Source: Squalus acanthias
Taxonomy: Eukaryota
DNA length: 64,000 bases
Reading direction: 5' to 3'
Assembly: GCA_030390025.1 (NCBI GenBank)
Contig: CM059433.1
Span: forward strand, 4,526,001 to 4,590,000
Shown here in pieces: positions 1 through 14,592 of the stretch. Position 1 is the stretch's first letter. Each line of letters opens with the position of its first letter. The position numbers were made by a program, and so were the translations under genes. Below the pieces are notes generated by a model. That model ran no database searches. It was given only the letters and a program-made list of their open reading frames with translations, and had not been told where the DNA came from.

Positions 1-1132
1 CCCAGTTGTCGATGGGGATGTTGCACTTTTTCAAGGAGGCTTTGAGGGTGTCCTTGAAGCCTTTCCTCTGCCCACCTGGGGCTCTCTTGCCGTGTCGGAG
101 TTCCGAGTAGAGTGCTTGTTTTGGGAGTCTCGTATCGGGCATGCGGACGATGTGGCCCATCCATCGGAGCTGATCGAGCGTGGTCAAAGCTTCGATGCTG
201 GGAATGTTGGTCTGAGCGAGAACACTGACGTTGGTGCGCCTATCCTGCCAATGGATTTGCAGTATCTTGCGGAGGCAGCATTGGTGGTACCTCTCCAGTG
301 CTTTGAGGTGCCTGCTGTACATGGTCCATGTCTCTGAAGCATACAGGAGGGCGGGTATCACTGCTGCTCTGTAGACCATGAGCTTGGTGCTGGGTCTGAG
401 GTCAAGGTCTTCAAACACTCTTAACCTCAGGCGACCGAAGGCTGCACTGGCACACTGAGGCGGTGTTGGACTTCGTCATCAACATCTGCCCTTGTTGACA
501 GTAGGCTCCCAAGGTATGGAAAGTGGTTCACGTTGTCCAAGGCCTCGTCATGGATTTTGATAATCGGGGAGCAGTACTGCGTGGCAGGGGTACGTTGGTA
601 GAGGACCTTTGTCTTACGGATGATTAGTGTAAGGCCTATGCTCTCGTACGCTTCAGTGAAGGTGTTGACGATGGTTTGGAGATCGGTCTCAGAGTGTGCG
701 CAGACGCAAGCGTTGTCTGCATACTGTAATTCGATGACAGAGGATGGGACGACTTTGGATCTGGACTGGAGGCGATGGAGGTTGAACAGTTTCCCATTTC
801 TTCTGTAGATTAGCTCCACTGCAGCGGGGAGCTTACTGAGGGTGAGATGGAGTATTGCAGCCAGGAAGATCGAGAAGAGCGTTGGTGCGATGACACAGCC
901 TTGCTTGACCCCGGTCCATATGTGAATTGGGTCTGTGGTGGATCCGTTGGTCAGGATCACGGCTTGCATGTCGTTGTGAAGCAGGCGGAGGATGGTGACA
1001 AACTTTTGAGAGCAGCCGAATTTGAGGAGGACACTCCATAATCCTTCACGGTTGACAGTGTCGAAGGCCTTTGTGAGGTCAAAGAAGGCTATGTACAATG
1101 GTTGGTGCTGTTCCCTGCATTTCTCTTGTTGT
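1..1132 (-). mobile_element. RTE-clade LINE, decayed RT region
   Basis: ORF 427..1098: FFDLTKAFDTV, GVKQGCVIAPTLF, LQYADN (YADD), FPYLGS; same family as 57010-57975. Confidence 0.9.
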
Positions 1133-1137
1133 TAACG

Positions 1138-1305
1138 CGTGGTGCGCCTGCTGCCCTTGTCCTTCTAGGTGGAAGAGGTCGCGGGTTTGGGAGGAGCTGC
1201 CGAAGAAGCCTTGGCGAGTTGCTGCAGTGCATCTTGTAGATGGTACACACTGCAGCCACAGTGCGCCGGTGGTGGAGGGAGTGAATGTTTAAGGTGGTGG
1301 ATGGG
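1138..1305 (-). mobile_element. Fragment of LINE family B
   Basis: Reverse complement of part of 38448-38961. Confidence 0.8.
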
Positions 1306-1432
1306 GTTGTGGGATTATGAAGTTGGAGACCATGGAAGGAAGATCTCTAGAGCAGATGAAGTCAGTGATGGTCTGGGAGATGATGGTCTGGTGTTCAGTA
1401 GTGGGGTCATAGTTCAGGGGGAGGTAGGAGAA
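1306..1432 (-). mobile_element. Penelope-like retroelement RT N-terminal fragment
   Basis: ORF 1289..1519 SYLPLNYDPTTEHQTIISQTITDFI..DLPS resembles the Y..L..DPT segment of Penelope RTs. Confidence 0.6.
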
Positions 1433-2254
1433 GGTCCTTCCGCCACACGACAACAGTGCCTCCCTTGTCAGGAGGTTTGATAATGATGTCAGATTTGGAT
1501 CTGTCAACCTGTTCCACATTTATTACTAACCAATTCCAGGTATGTACAGAACTTCACAGCTCTTTTATTGCTCAACATGCATACTCACATTCCAGCAGGG
1601 AACAGGTACAAGCTTCAGCTTACAACGGACACCAATGACATACTCACATCTTCACAGGACTGGTATGCATAAAATTGTTGCAACACAACCGACCAACATT
1701 ATGCATGGCCATTTATTGGCATTAAGGATTGCCACATGCCTGCCATTAATAACCCATCTATGTTGGGAAATGCACCAGTGTTGGGCAGCCATGCAATGTT
1801 GCTGTTGCTGCAAGTGCAGCGAATCCCTATCCTGGCTTGGAAGGAGGTAGAGGTAAAAATAAAGTTGTGAGATGACCTTCACTGCTACTGGTCAAGCCAC
1901 CCCTAGGGTGTAGGCTTACTTCGGGTATCCTTGCAGCAGATAGCATTGATCTGTCCCCCAATCCCCTTCTCATATACCATTAGTTGGTAAAGGGAAGGGA
2001 CTGATTGCATTTGGAATGATGAGATACATTTTAAAGTTGCTTCCTACAGCTCTGACTAGCCAATAAGGTTGGGTTTGAATCCCCTATATGCGAATAGCAA
2101 CTTTTTTTAATAAAAGAAAATCAATTAAAACTTTTTATCTTAGTAATAATTACCTGCTGCTATTGAGAAAAGATGCTTTATAATATAAAGTAAATTAATT
2201 CATTTCCAAATGACAAATAGAAAGTAGTTTTGTATAAAGTTGAGCAAACAACGA

Positions 2255-3322
2255 GTAGAATTGAAGTCAATGGGAATCGGGGGTAAACTCTCCACTGGCT
2301 GGAATCATACCTAGCAAAAGGAAGATGGTTGTGGTTGTTGGAGGTCAATCATCTCAGCCCCAGGACATCGCTGCAGGAGTTCCTCAGGACAGTGTCCTAG
2401 GGACAATCATCTTCAGCTGCTTCATCAATGACCTTCCCTCCATCATTAGGCCAGAAGTGGGGATGTTCACTGATGACTGCACAGTGTTCAGTTCCATTCA
2501 CAACTCCTCAGATAATGAAGCAGTCCATGCCCGCATGCAACAAGACCTGGATGACGTTCAGGCTTGGGCTGATAAGTGGCAAGTAACATTCGCGCCACAC
2601 AAGTGCCAGGCAATGACCATCTCCAACAAGAGTCTAACCACCACCCCTTGACATTCAATGGCATTACCATCGCTGAAACCCCCACCATCAACATCCTGGG
2701 GGTCATCATTGATTAGAAACTTAACTGGACCAGCCACATAAATACTGTGGCAACAAGAGCAGGTCAGAGGCTGGGTATTCTGCGGCGAGTGTCTCACCTC
2801 CTGACTCTCCAAAGCCTTTCCACCATCTACAAGGCACAAGTCTGGATGAGTGCAGCTCCAACAACACTCAAGAAGCTTGACACCATCCACGACAAAGCAG
2901 CCCGCTTAATTGACACCCATCCACCACCTTAAACATTCACTCCCTCCACCACCAGCGTACCGTGGCTGCAGTGTGTACCATCTACAAGATGCACTGCAGC
3001 AACTCGCCAAGGCTTCTTCGGCAGCACCTCACAAACCCGCGACCTCTACCACCTAGAAGGACAAGGGCAGCAGGCACATGGGAACACCATCACCTCAAGT
3101 CACACACCATCCTGACTTGGAAGTATATCGGCCGTTCCTTCATCGTCGCTGGGTCAAAATCCTGGAACTCCCTCCCTAACAGCACTGTGGGAGTACCTTC
3201 ACCACACGGACTGCAGCGGTTCAAGAAGGTGGCTCACCACCACCTTCAAGGGCAATTAGGGATGGGCAATAAATGCTGGCCTTGCCAGTGACGCCCACAT
3301 CCCATAAATGAATTTAAAAAAA
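2255..3322 (+). mobile_element. LINE family B (CR1/L2-group RT), 3' half with tail
   Basis: GVPQDSVLG, FTDD, WADKWQVTFAPHKC in broken frames; tail GGGATGGGCAATAAATGCTGGCC...CCCACATCCC then A-rich end. Confidence 0.85.
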
Positions 3323-4862
3323 TCCTTTTTCATACAGGTGAATAAAATTGTGATGTCCATGTTTATTACTGATTCCAAAAATGCTGGATAATTAAAGTTC
3401 AAAAATCAAAATTTCCTGGGAATGCAAGCTGCACTTTCTTTGTAACTACTTGTTGTCATGTGTCATAAGCATTTATTTATTGCCATTTTCTGAGTTATCA
3501 GCTTTTTTGGGAGCTGTAACAGCAATTTTTGAAGCTGTTGGTCAACTTTCGCTAGTTTTCCCAGTTTGGCTCACAATTAATACGTCAACCTAAGAGTAAA
3601 ATAATCACACAAACTTTTACACTGTACACAAACTTTGCAATTTTTTCCCCATTTAAATGAACATCTAATCAGAGAAAAAACAGAATCATTTTCAGAGCTG
3701 GGATTATGTTTCACGCTGTATCATTTTCTTTTATAATCATTTCCAAACGTGGGCGACAGCTGAAAATACTTCGTGCCCACATGGTTCTCAGAAAGTTCGG
3801 TTTTAATATTCAAGAAATGACGAACATTTTGCAGTTTCTTTCATAACATTCTTGTACAAGTATAGTGAGAAACCATGTAGCGATGGATAATTGTGGGCAA
3901 AGTACAATTATTTTTAATTATGTATCAACCCCCTTTTAAAACCATAGAAACACAAACAATTTTATTCGTCCACAACTAAATTTCATAAACATTAACTACA
4001 AACAGTACAGTCCATTTGCACACTTATGGTTTCAAAATTACAACCTATGAACTTTTCCATATGCCCACAGAGCATATACTATAAACGCAATAAAAGAAAC
4101 TTCAAGCTTTTGTCCATGTTGTGAAAACAAAGAGAATTTTCCAAAGACATGATGACTTTCTCCTTGCTCTGATAGCTTATGTTCTTCTTAACTACAAGCA
4201 ACTTTGCGGAAGATCTCCTAAAAAGGTCTTGTTGGGCCGATCGAGATTATGAAATACAACCTTGAAAAGCTCGGAAACAGAGGAATACTTACTACTAGTT
4301 TTATGTTGTGCATGAACAAGATTATTCCAATACACTGTAAACTAACTGACATGGTTTATTTTTCCTGTCACTGTTGTCTGTCAGCATTTGTTTCTAAGCT
4401 GATTAGTCTTACTGTGATTTCCAGCTCACTGGTGAAAAAGTGAGGTGTTTGCAAAATGTCACGTTGCCAATTTAGGATCAACCACACATCTCAAAGTTGC
4501 AGCATATTACAAAGAAATGTCATTTACAGCCGAGAGTTGAATATCATTTCAACCACTGACCTACAAATAACTAATAATAAGAAAACACAATTGTTCTAAT
4601 GTCTGTATATATTCCCTTTACTTGGCTATTTAATGGGTACGGCTACTTAAATGTTGCAATGGTCACATAGCCAAGCCTTCGGAAGCCAAAAATTACCCTG
4701 GTGTACTCTGTTCATTTCGGAACTCCAAACTTTGCGGATGTGAAATTGGTCTTTGCTAGTAGCGCCAAACAGGCTCACCGTGAATCGGCGACCCATTTTA
4801 CACCGCGCCCTATTTTCTTTAGCATTTAAGTCAATTGTGTCCAACCCGGGCACCAACTTTAA

Positions 4863-5340
4863 CAAGGATGTCAAGGCCTTGGAGCGGGTGCAAGGGAGAT
4901 GTATCAGATAGCAGAGATTGGTGACTTCAGTTATGTGGAGAGACTAGAGAAGCTGGGATTGTTCTCCTTAGAGCTGAGGAGGTTAAGGTGAGATTTAATA
5001 GAGGTGTTTTGATGTTTCTACTGGTGGGCGGGTCGGTAACCAGTAACTAGTTACTATTGAATCTGCAGATTTAAGATAATTGGCAAAAGAACCAGAGGGG
5101 AGATGAGGAGAATTTTTTTTTTAACATGGCGAGTTGTTGTGATCTGGAATGCGCTGTCTGATGGAAGCAGATTCAGTAGCAACTTCCAAAAGGGAACTGG
5201 ATATATACTTGAAAAGGAAACATTTGTAGGGCTAAGGAGAAAGAGCAGGGGGGAGTGGAGCTAATTGGAGAGAATCTTTCAAAGAGCCAGCAGAGGCACG
5301 ATGGGCTGAATGGCCTCTTTCTGTGCTGTAGGATTCTATG
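4863..5340 (+). mobile_element. CR1 LINE 3' fragment, old
   Basis: Degenerate RT C-terminal codons and GAATGGCCTC...ATTCTATG tail. Confidence 0.75.
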
Positions 5341-5973
5341 AAAATAAAATTGAGTAACCTTCAAGTAAGTTTGTCATATAACTTGGTATTAGCGATCACT
5401 AATCACACTTCACTTAAATTTGGTTTATCAGTTTGTATATATTAACTGGCCTGAAATCTGCAGATTATTTTAATGGTACATTTCAGCGTTAAACTTTGTG
5501 GAGTTACTTATGACCAGTTTCTACTTTGTCCAGAATTAGTATTTTACAGACTTTGTAATATGTAAATAATTTCAATTTCTTCCACAGAAGCACGGATAAT
5601 TGCCAATCAAAGTACAAAAACAAAACAAGCATCACAAATACATCAATTCCAGTGTCAAATATAAAAGTACCAAAAAGCACAAGGTCCATTTACTGTCCAA
5701 AAGTCCAAACAAAGAAAACTATTGCATAAATGTACATTTGTAAAACAAAAAGTTTCTATTCTAACGTTTAGTAAAAGACTATGATACCATGGAAAAATAA
5801 TTTTAAAAGATATTGGAAAACATTAACAATCTACTATTATGCCTACAGTTCAAAAATATAAATTGTTTGCAAAACTGTTCAGACAAAATATGTACACTGT
5901 AAAAGAGAACCTGCCAAATTAAACAACACTAAGTCTGGTTCTTGTAGGTCAGAGTATGGTTACGCAATGTGCA

Positions 5974-6498
5974 TAAGAACATAAGAAATAGGAGCAGGAG
6001 TGGGCCATTCGGCCCTTCGAGCCTGCTCCGCCATTCAATAAGATCATGGCTGATCTTCTACCTCATCTCCACTTTCCTGCACTATCCCCATATCCCTTGA
6101 TTCCCTTAATATCCAAAAATCTATCGATCTCTGTCTTGAATATACTCAACGACTGAGCCTCCACAGCCCTCTGGGGTAGAGAATTCCAAAGATTCACCAC
6201 CCTCTGAGTGAAGAAATTTCTCCTCATCTCAGTCCTAAATGGCCAACCCCGTATTCTGAGACTGTGACCCCTGATTCTAGACTCCCCAGCCAGGTGAAAC
6301 ATCCTCCCTGCATCTACCCTGTCAAGCCCTGTAAGAATTTTGTATGTTTCAATGAGATCACCACTCATTCTTCTAAACCCCAGAGAATATAGGCCTAGTC
6401 TACTCAATCTGTCCTCATAGGACAATCCCCCCATCCCAGGAATCAGTCTGGTGAACCTTCGTTGCACTCCCTCTATGGCAGGTATATCCTTCCTTAGG
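5974..6498 (-). mobile_element. CR1 LINE 3' fragment
   Basis: ORF 6063..6467 (QRRFTRLIPG..RGDLIETYKIL..FFTQRVVNLWNSLP) and TTCTTATG tail. Confidence 0.92.
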
Positions 6499-7610
6499 CA
6501 TTCATGGTCTTCATAATTTAGTTGACACCCAGAAAGTATTCCAAGAGGATGTTGCTTTTACATTAAATGGCTGGAAACTCTCAACGTTAATACAAAGTGT
6601 TGCTCATCATTCAAACAATGCAATAATTAAATAGCCTTAAGAACTGTTCACATTTTGCACATCACAAATAATAGTGAAATGGGATCAGACCACTCTTTGT
6701 ACTGAGTGCTTCAAAAAGATGGATTAGTTGCACAGATTGTGGGGGCAGGGCGGGGGGAGAGGAATATGAAGATTAAAGTACTCGGTCCTCATACTTCTCT
6801 GTTCTGGAGATTTGACTCAAATCAATGAACAGCTTGGGGGGCGGTTTTAAGTCACTGAGCCTGGCAGGGACGGGGAGGTAGCTGGATGCGCTGCACTTAT
6901 TGCCGCCACGTTCCCGCCTATTGGCATTTTCCTGGGGACCACCGCATGGGCAGCCCAGGTGCCCAGGTGTTTTAGGGTGGAGCCTCAGTCAAATCTGTTA
7001 ATTGGGGTCCTATGATGGACAATTATTAGGTACCAACAGGTGCGCCGCGCACTCCGCCCATGGTACCAGGCCTTGGACGGGCTAACCAGCGGCCCTGAAA
7101 GGGATTGCCGCAGGCGGCTTGGGAAAAGGTTAAGTTTTTTTTTAATTTTGTGGGGCCCAGGAGGAGTACGAGGCCCCTCAAACATCTTCTGACCTGCTGC
7201 CGGCACTTCTTCTACCCAAAGATGACATTTCTGCTCTGTCACAGGCGCTGGAAATGCCCACCCCTCCCCGCAAGCTACCTGTGAGCACTGGAACAGCACC
7301 TGCTGTTCAATGGTCGAATGTAAGTGAGGCCCCGCTCTCAAAATGGCTCAAGCCATTCAGCGGGCACTTTGATCAGATGGCATGCATGGCCCACCACTCA
7401 CTTGAAATCCGCCCAAACTTAAAACCGCTGTGCCTGAACACCAACTTTAAGTCTCATTTCTTGTGCCAATGTAAACAGTATTAGAACTATACCATCGATA
7501 TATAAAGATAAACACAAGTTGTTATTATAAATCTTAACTATAACCATAATAAAAACATGCTGAGAGATGTTGAAGAAGTGAGGACACATCAAAGTCTCCA
7601 TTTTTCTGCA

Positions 7611-7770
7611 TGAGGGGGAAAGAGGATGGGGGCAGGGGAGAAGTGGGATGGAGAGAAGGGAATTGTGGGGAGGGATAGATGGGATGAGGAGTGGGAGGGG
7701 ATGGGAAGAGGGTGGAAACTAGAGAGGGAAAGGGGGAAGAGGAAGGGGATGGGGAGAAGAGTAGGAGGAG
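7611..7770 (+). repeat. Purine-rich (G/A) low-complexity tract
   Basis: Almost all G/A on the + strand. Confidence 0.8.
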
Positions 7771-8053
7771 ACCTCTTCCACCTAGAAGGACAAGGGCAGC
7801 AGGCGCATGGGAACACCACCACCTCCAAGTTACACACCATCCTGACTTGGAAGTATATCGCTGATCCTTCATCGTCGCTGGGTCAAAATCCTGGAACTCC
7901 CTCCCTAACAGCATTGTGGGAGAACCTTCACCACACGGACTGCAGCGGTTCAAGAAGGCGGCTCAGCACCACCTTCTCAAGGGCAACTAGGGATGGGCAA
8001 TAAATGCTGGCCTTGCCAGCGATGCCCACATCCCATGAACAAATTAAAAAAAA
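7770..8053 (+). mobile_element. LINE family B 3' end
   Basis: Matches the 3' end of 2255-3322. Confidence 0.85.
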
Positions 8054-8749
8054 GATGGGAACAGAGTCGGGGCCAGGGCTGGTAAACTCTCTCAAGGTTT
8101 TTTGTAAGGTTGGGTGATTAGGCACATAGTCAAGGTCTACGAATTTGAATGCAGCTGTGGAATTTGTTGACCATCTTCTGAAGAAAGCAGTGATAGCTAC
8201 ATAATGAGATCGGATCCAAGAGCAGATAGGATCAAAATCCTCAACAATGTCACATGATATCAACCATGATGCAGGAAACCCTTCACTGTGAGGATACAGA
8301 GTAATAACACAACCACATTATATTAAGATTATTTCAGAACTAAATCTGCTACACTGGAGTTAGAAAGTGAGATTTCAAAAATTAAACTAACTAGGGTAAT
8401 TCTGAAGTTCAATCAATTTCCTCTTAGTACGAGTTTGCAGTTTGTACATTGTGTTACACATAGTTTAAATAGGTTTGTGATGCTGTGCAGCACAATACAT
8501 TGTTCCAGATCAACGAAAGGTGAAATAAAAGGATAATAATGTAAAAAATGGCAGCATGTGTGCATACATCATGGTACATCATGAAACTACTCTATGATTT
8601 CTAAACTTCATTAACTCAGTAATGGAAAATTGCAGGCAATCAGGAGTAAAATGGTTATGGTTTATTTCAAGAATGTGTGGAGAAAAGCACTTATTTAACT
8701 CGTCGATGCCCCATGGTGTTGCATATGGAGAGTCAAGACCAAGGGCATA

Positions 8750-9290
8750 AAAAAGAATAGAGGACAAGGGGGATAATTGGATCAAGGCAGGGGAAGTGGA
8801 GGAGGGAGGGAGAGGAGAAAAGATTCAGTGGGGAAGATTTAAAGAGGAAAGGGTGGGGGAGAGGAGAGCGAGAGGAAGAAATGGGGGTGAGAATGGGAGG
8901 GGCAGAGAAAGGCATGAAGAGAAGGAAGGAGGAGCGAGTGGAGGTTGGGATGGGGAAAGCAGGAAGAGGAGCAAGGGAGAGGGAAAAGGAAGGAGAAAGA
9001 GAGGGGAGTCATTTGGGAGGGAGAAGGTGGAGGAGGGTAGCAGGGGAGGGAGGATGATGGGAGGGGAGGAGGGTAGAAAGGAAGAGGGGAGGGATGTAGA
9101 ATTGGTGGGGAAGCAAGGAAGAGGCGTGAGAAGCTGTAGGGGCAGGGGAGGAGGATGGGGAGTAGAGAAGAGGGGAAGGGACAGCGAAGAGGAATGGGGA
9201 GGAAGAGTTAGGGATAAAGGAGAAGCTTGGGTGACAGAGGAGGGGTTGGGAGTGAGGAGTGGGAAGGAGAAATGGCCACATGAGAGAAAC
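8750..9290 (+). repeat. Purine-rich (G/A) low-complexity tract
   Basis: ~540 nt of GGA/GAG/GGG-rich sequence; source of spurious E/G/R- and P/S/L-rich ORFs. Confidence 0.85.
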
Positions 9291-11239
9291 TGAGTGGGAA
9301 GTGGCTTGTACTGGGACATGTTGCCAGCAGTGAAGGGTGGGCTTTAGGGGCCACAATATACTGGCAGTAGGGAGGGGTCTGGCCAGGGAAGGGGCTGTCC
9401 GATTCCACAGGACTCGCTCTCAGTGGCACATTGCAGTACTGCTGGCCGGATGTCTATCAAGGTTTATGACCAGCGTCGGCACAATGAGGAGGCATTTCAT
9501 TCAAATAATTAGGAATCAGATTTTCTTTCATACCACCGAGTGATAGTAACTTGTGGGTGCACGTGTCATATTCCACTTGAGGTTTGTGGCCTCGTTGGTT
9601 AAAATGTGGAACGGAGACCAAATTGTCACGGCAGGAGGGTATGGAGGGGGGGGGGGAATCGGGAAGACACGATAAACAATCAATGTGTGCCATACTGGAG
9701 TACGGGATTAAGGCTGGGCAGCGGAGTACCGCAGGTTTGGCCACGCTGAGATAATGGATGGAAATTTTGAGAAGTTGCATTTACAGGTGGGCTTGTTTCC
9801 TTAATCAGGAAAAAGTGAGTTCTAAGCAAATTAGATTTCCATTGAGGTATTTTGTTACCACTCAACAAAAATTCACACTTGAAAAAAAAGGAACTCCCGG
9901 CGCACATTGGGATCCTGTGATAATGTCTACAACATTCCTATGCTGCTATCTAGAGTCTTTGTACTGGAACTGCACACCGACTCTCAGGCCCAGAATACCA
10001 GGACACAGCAACACACACAAGCTTTGCAACTTGCCTCCCGTGACAGACTATTAACACTCGAGATGCCAATCACAGCATCACCTATAGGCATAACTGGTAT
10101 TGCGGGTAAACGTTGATATTTTTTAAATGGGTTTTCCTATTGACAGAGCTAGACACGGGCGTGAGTTTTCAATGCATTTTAAAAGTGAATGTTGTGACCC
10201 ATCCAACATTTTTAATATACAATAGGTTTTTAAGAAAATAACACATTTGCACTTGTTTTTAAGAGCGGTGGCGATGTAAACTCGTGAATGTGAGCGTTTC
10301 TATTGTTAAATCTTACCCTAACTATCTTTAAAGGCTCTTGATTGTGTTTGATGAAAGAAGTGATTCCTTTCCTCGCTGTACACTGAAGTGCTTTTTAGTT
10401 AATGTTGTAGTACCAGGGCGTGAGGCTCCATCCGTTATCACTGCTCGTTTAAAGTTAGTCACATGAGTGTGAGCTGCTGGAGAATCCAAGGTGTGTTTAA
10501 AGGATCTTTTGCTTATTCTAGACTTTTATGCTGGTCAACAAAAGAAAAACACAGATACAAACTTCAGCACAAAATTCCCAAACCTTCGTGGTGGAATTGC
10601 TTTTATTTCGTAACACTGTACTTGGAAAGGTATGTAAATTTATAAATAAAATAGAAAAATAATCTGTTAAAGTTAATGATTTGGCAAATTGAAATGTTCA
10701 CAAATGTCTTGTTAATGAACTCAGACCCTTGAATGTAAGTAAAGAATTCAGTCATTTCTCTGTGAAATATGTACTTCAGCCCCACAGATACTGAGCTCGA
10801 TGGGTAAGCAAAAGCTTCAGACTGACCTTCTCATGGGCATGTTCGTTGACTTTTCGGTCTTCAAATGCTGATTAAAAGAGGAAATCTCGATTTTTACTGA
10901 TATTCAATGTATTTCTGAAAGTGTAAACCAAACATCCCCCTTTTGTATGTTTATGGCAAAATATTAATGTTTGCCCTGCTGGCACGGTCTAATCTGAGTA
11001 AATTATGTCCAATCACTATTGGAATTGTGCATCCTAGTGGCCACTTTCTGTCTGAATATTGTTGTGTGTCCACATGTCATACTATTGAGTTACGCTATTA
11101 AATAAAAATTGTTTTTGCGAGCTCCTGTCTACTCTTGGATACGGGTCCATACAATATCTGTTTATCTATTTAATTCGTTTAAAAAAAATAGTTTTATAGA
11201 TGGAAACAAGACCAGCTATTTGCTAGCCTAAAAACAAAG

Positions 11240-11585
11240 GAATTAAGCCATACAAACCAGGACAGTACCAGCTTTGATTTCCAAACTATGCTGTTTGCTG
11301 ATCTCATCTAAGGTGGCGTTATGGATACTATGATTGGCCTTAATGGGCCTGGCTGAGGGAGATGAAAAATCAGCTGGGGTTCTGACTCCTGACCACTATC
11401 CAGCAACACCTGCTGTAAAATCATGAGTGTGGCAAATCGTGCAATGGCAGTGTTGGGCTTGTCTGCAATTACCTCAAAGTCGAATAGCCTGTCAAAAACC
11501 TACAGCGACACATGAAAAATGACCACTTGGAGAAGACACTCTTGGAACCAATCCCAGCCAAGAGCCAGTACCTCAGGAAAGGAAG
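11240..11585 (+). mobile_element. Old SINE-like repeat
   Basis: Resembles the split fragment at 15845-15920 plus 16402-16445 (AGCCA.A....CAG, TGCT...GCT..TCTC). Confidence 0.4.
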
Positions 11586-13865
11586 GGGTGGGGGGGAAAT
11601 CAAGAAAATTGGAAACAAAATCTAAATCAAAGCACTTCCTCTCTGACCCAACTAGACGGTAGCTCCCCTAGTGCCAACCCGGAATGGGGAAAGTGAAACT
11701 GCCCAAGACTTCTAGTACCATAAATAAGCCTTTCCTTTTCTGCTGGGCGGACAATGTAATCACAGCAGGAAGATGTGATTCACTTAAATCAAGTTAATGA
11801 AGGCCAAGGGCTCATGTAGGAAGCAAAACTTTGCATCAGTGCCTCCTTTATTTTCAGCCTAATACTAACACATCACTCAAGTATACTCTTATTTATGTTT
11901 CTACCCCAAATGTGTGACATGTAGAGATTTCCAAGCCAGTGGAGGTGATGCTGAACCAAAATTGAAATACTGTTGCACAGAAATTCCACTGCGTGTTGTT
12001 ACAGTGGTTATGCTCGAGTTCCTTGTAAAGATTTGAGGGAATAGAATACTTTATACCTTTGGTTTAGAATCAAAGATGTAAGTGGTTATAATGTAGTCAA
12101 ATGGCATGGAATGGAACGGGTTGGAGACATTGGCGAAACGCACTGGAGATCGACACACTTAAAGACAATCGTCACTTCACTGCAACCGCAACTCGGAGGA
12201 TGAGAAGCCACGAGACAGAGCCTATCACCCTGCCAGGTACTCAGCAAATGAACTCAAGAACTGTAGCTATAACTACAGGTGAGAAGAAAATATAGGATTT
12301 TAACTCCTGATGGGAGCCGTGCGGGCGGGGAGCGAGTGGGGGGGAAGCTGAGAGAGATGGGAAACCATACGGCCCCCCCACAGTGTGAAGCCCAGGAGAT
12401 CTGAACTCCCGGGTCTCATCTACATGGACCCAGTCAGTCTGCCACTCCAACCTGGCTGGAAGCACTAGCTAGCCGGTGGGCAGGAGCAGGATTTCAGGAG
12501 GCCGCAAGCGAGGGCCCGAAGGAACAGTCCCCGGCACTCAGCGAAGTGCTTGCGAGGACGGGGGTGAGGGTGGCATCGAAGTCAGGGGAGGTGGAGGGAA
12601 GCCCGAGGCAAGGGAGGCCCAAGATTTCCTTGTGGGGCTCGGAGGAGCACTCCTGCCCCCACAAGGAAACAAAAAGAATAGAAAAATAACTTAAATCTTC
12701 TGGGTCGCCTCTGGCCCCAGATCTGCTTGCTGCCAGGTTTTCCTAGCAGGTCCAGTACTGGGCGAGACAGCCACAATTCTTAGCTAAAATTGCGACGGGG
12801 TGCGAATTGCGTCGCTAGACCCTGATTTTAATATATTCACAAACCCCCCCGCCTGCCTGTGGTGGGTGCCTCAGCCGCCTCCCAAAAAAGTGCCAGGTTA
12901 AAATGGTGGCGATCTGGAACGCAGAGGTAAATACTCTACCGTTATTTTAACCACTCGCCCGCCCTGATCTGGTCATGCGAGCAGGGTTAAAATCGGGACT
13001 TATAGTAGTCCTCATTCTCTGTGCATTAGGTAATCCTTTGAACAATGCATGACCATTTTAACCATTCAGTAGCAATTAGTATTTATATTAATGTTCTGAT
13101 AATTACTGGCTTGGAAATAAAATAAGGTAAAAAGATGTTCAACCCCTGTGACATGACGTTTTGGTGAAAACTGATATTTAGATCTTACATATAAAGCTCA
13201 GAAAGCATACAACTTGTATACATGTTGTCCTTTAGGAGATCAGGGAATTGCACACAAGAAATTATGCAACACTTTCTTCAACAGCAGTAATTTAACCCTT
13301 TACCCAGAAAAATATATTCCTGTCATTTGCATTATTCTCCATTCGATGGAAAAGGTTTCCAAACACCTTAACATTAGAAAATCTTACTGACACCTTTTAG
13401 CATGACTCCTCGACTTCTTAACTTCCCAAATGTTGGCAATATTAACTCTTTGAGGACTGCAGCATTTCTGTACCAAACCTCAAAAAAAATTTAAAACAAG
13501 ATTTATAATTTTTTTAATGTTAATTCTACTGGGGGGTGGGGGTGTGAACATGTTGATCAATTTAGGCTTTGGATTCAGATCATCTGAAACCTCAACTGAG
13601 ATCATGGGAAAAATAAAATAAAAACAGATAAAATTGGAGATATATTTCCAACCACACCCCCCACCCCAGCCAGCAATGTTAAGGAACGACTCTTAGACAG
13701 TAGAAGCACAACTCTATACTCCATCCTCCTCGACTGACAACCCCACCCCATGGTCAGTATTGAGTCCCTGACACACAATGCCTTCAAAGTATGCAGAACT
13801 ATACCAACAAACTTAACATACCAAGGTATAATCCGAAAAAGACCATGAAAACGATACATAATATT

Positions 13866-14592
13866 GGCCCGGATTTTGCAGTGGTAATGACGGCGAAACT
13901 GTCAGCGTTTGGCGTCATTACCCCTCTGAAACTGACCCTAACTTCAGGATTTAGCACATGCGCAGTATACAGTAAGTGGCGGTCAGTCGTTCCCCGCCTT
14001 CGCCACAGGCTGCGGTGTGGAACTCCCCATAGTCGGCAATCAGAGTTGAACTGATGAAAACTTAAGTTTTTCTGCTGTAATATCGCTGTTAAACACCCCA
14101 TAAAAAAGCTAAGCCTTGTTGGAATGGTGTAACTGGGGTTTTAATGGCTTATTGGCTGATGAACAACCGTTCTGGCCCTGAAAAACAAATATTATATTTG
14201 TGGAATGTCAAATTTCTCCATTATGATAAATTATTAGATTTTTAAAATAATAAAGAAATATGTATTTTTTGAAGTTTGTTCTTGATACTTCAGCTTCTAC
14301 CTTAACCCCATGCGTATGTCCCAATCTTTGTTTCGCTCTCTGTAAATTTTTTAAAAAGTGAATTGAATCAGTGCTTTTTATTTCCTGGTTTGCTGTCTGT
14401 GCGAATTCGTCAATGTGATTGGCTGCTTCGACAGCTTGATGACATCACTGCTGCTCTACGCTCGGGATCCTCTTTCCGACATTGAGAGCGCTCAGGTTTT
14501 CGCCAAAGAGATCGCGAGATCTTTGTGGGCAGCTTTCTTCGAGGGTCAGCGGTGATCGGCATCACTTTGCCACTGACCGCAAAATCTGGGCC
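13866..14592. mobile_element. Non-autonomous TIR element (Harbinger-like MITE)
   Basis: GGCCCGGATTTTGC ... GCAAAATCTGGGCC; flanks ATT / ACT. Confidence 0.75.

Noticed and set aside
8796..9356. Several 115-165 aa ORFs
   Set aside because: Produced by the low-complexity purine tract.
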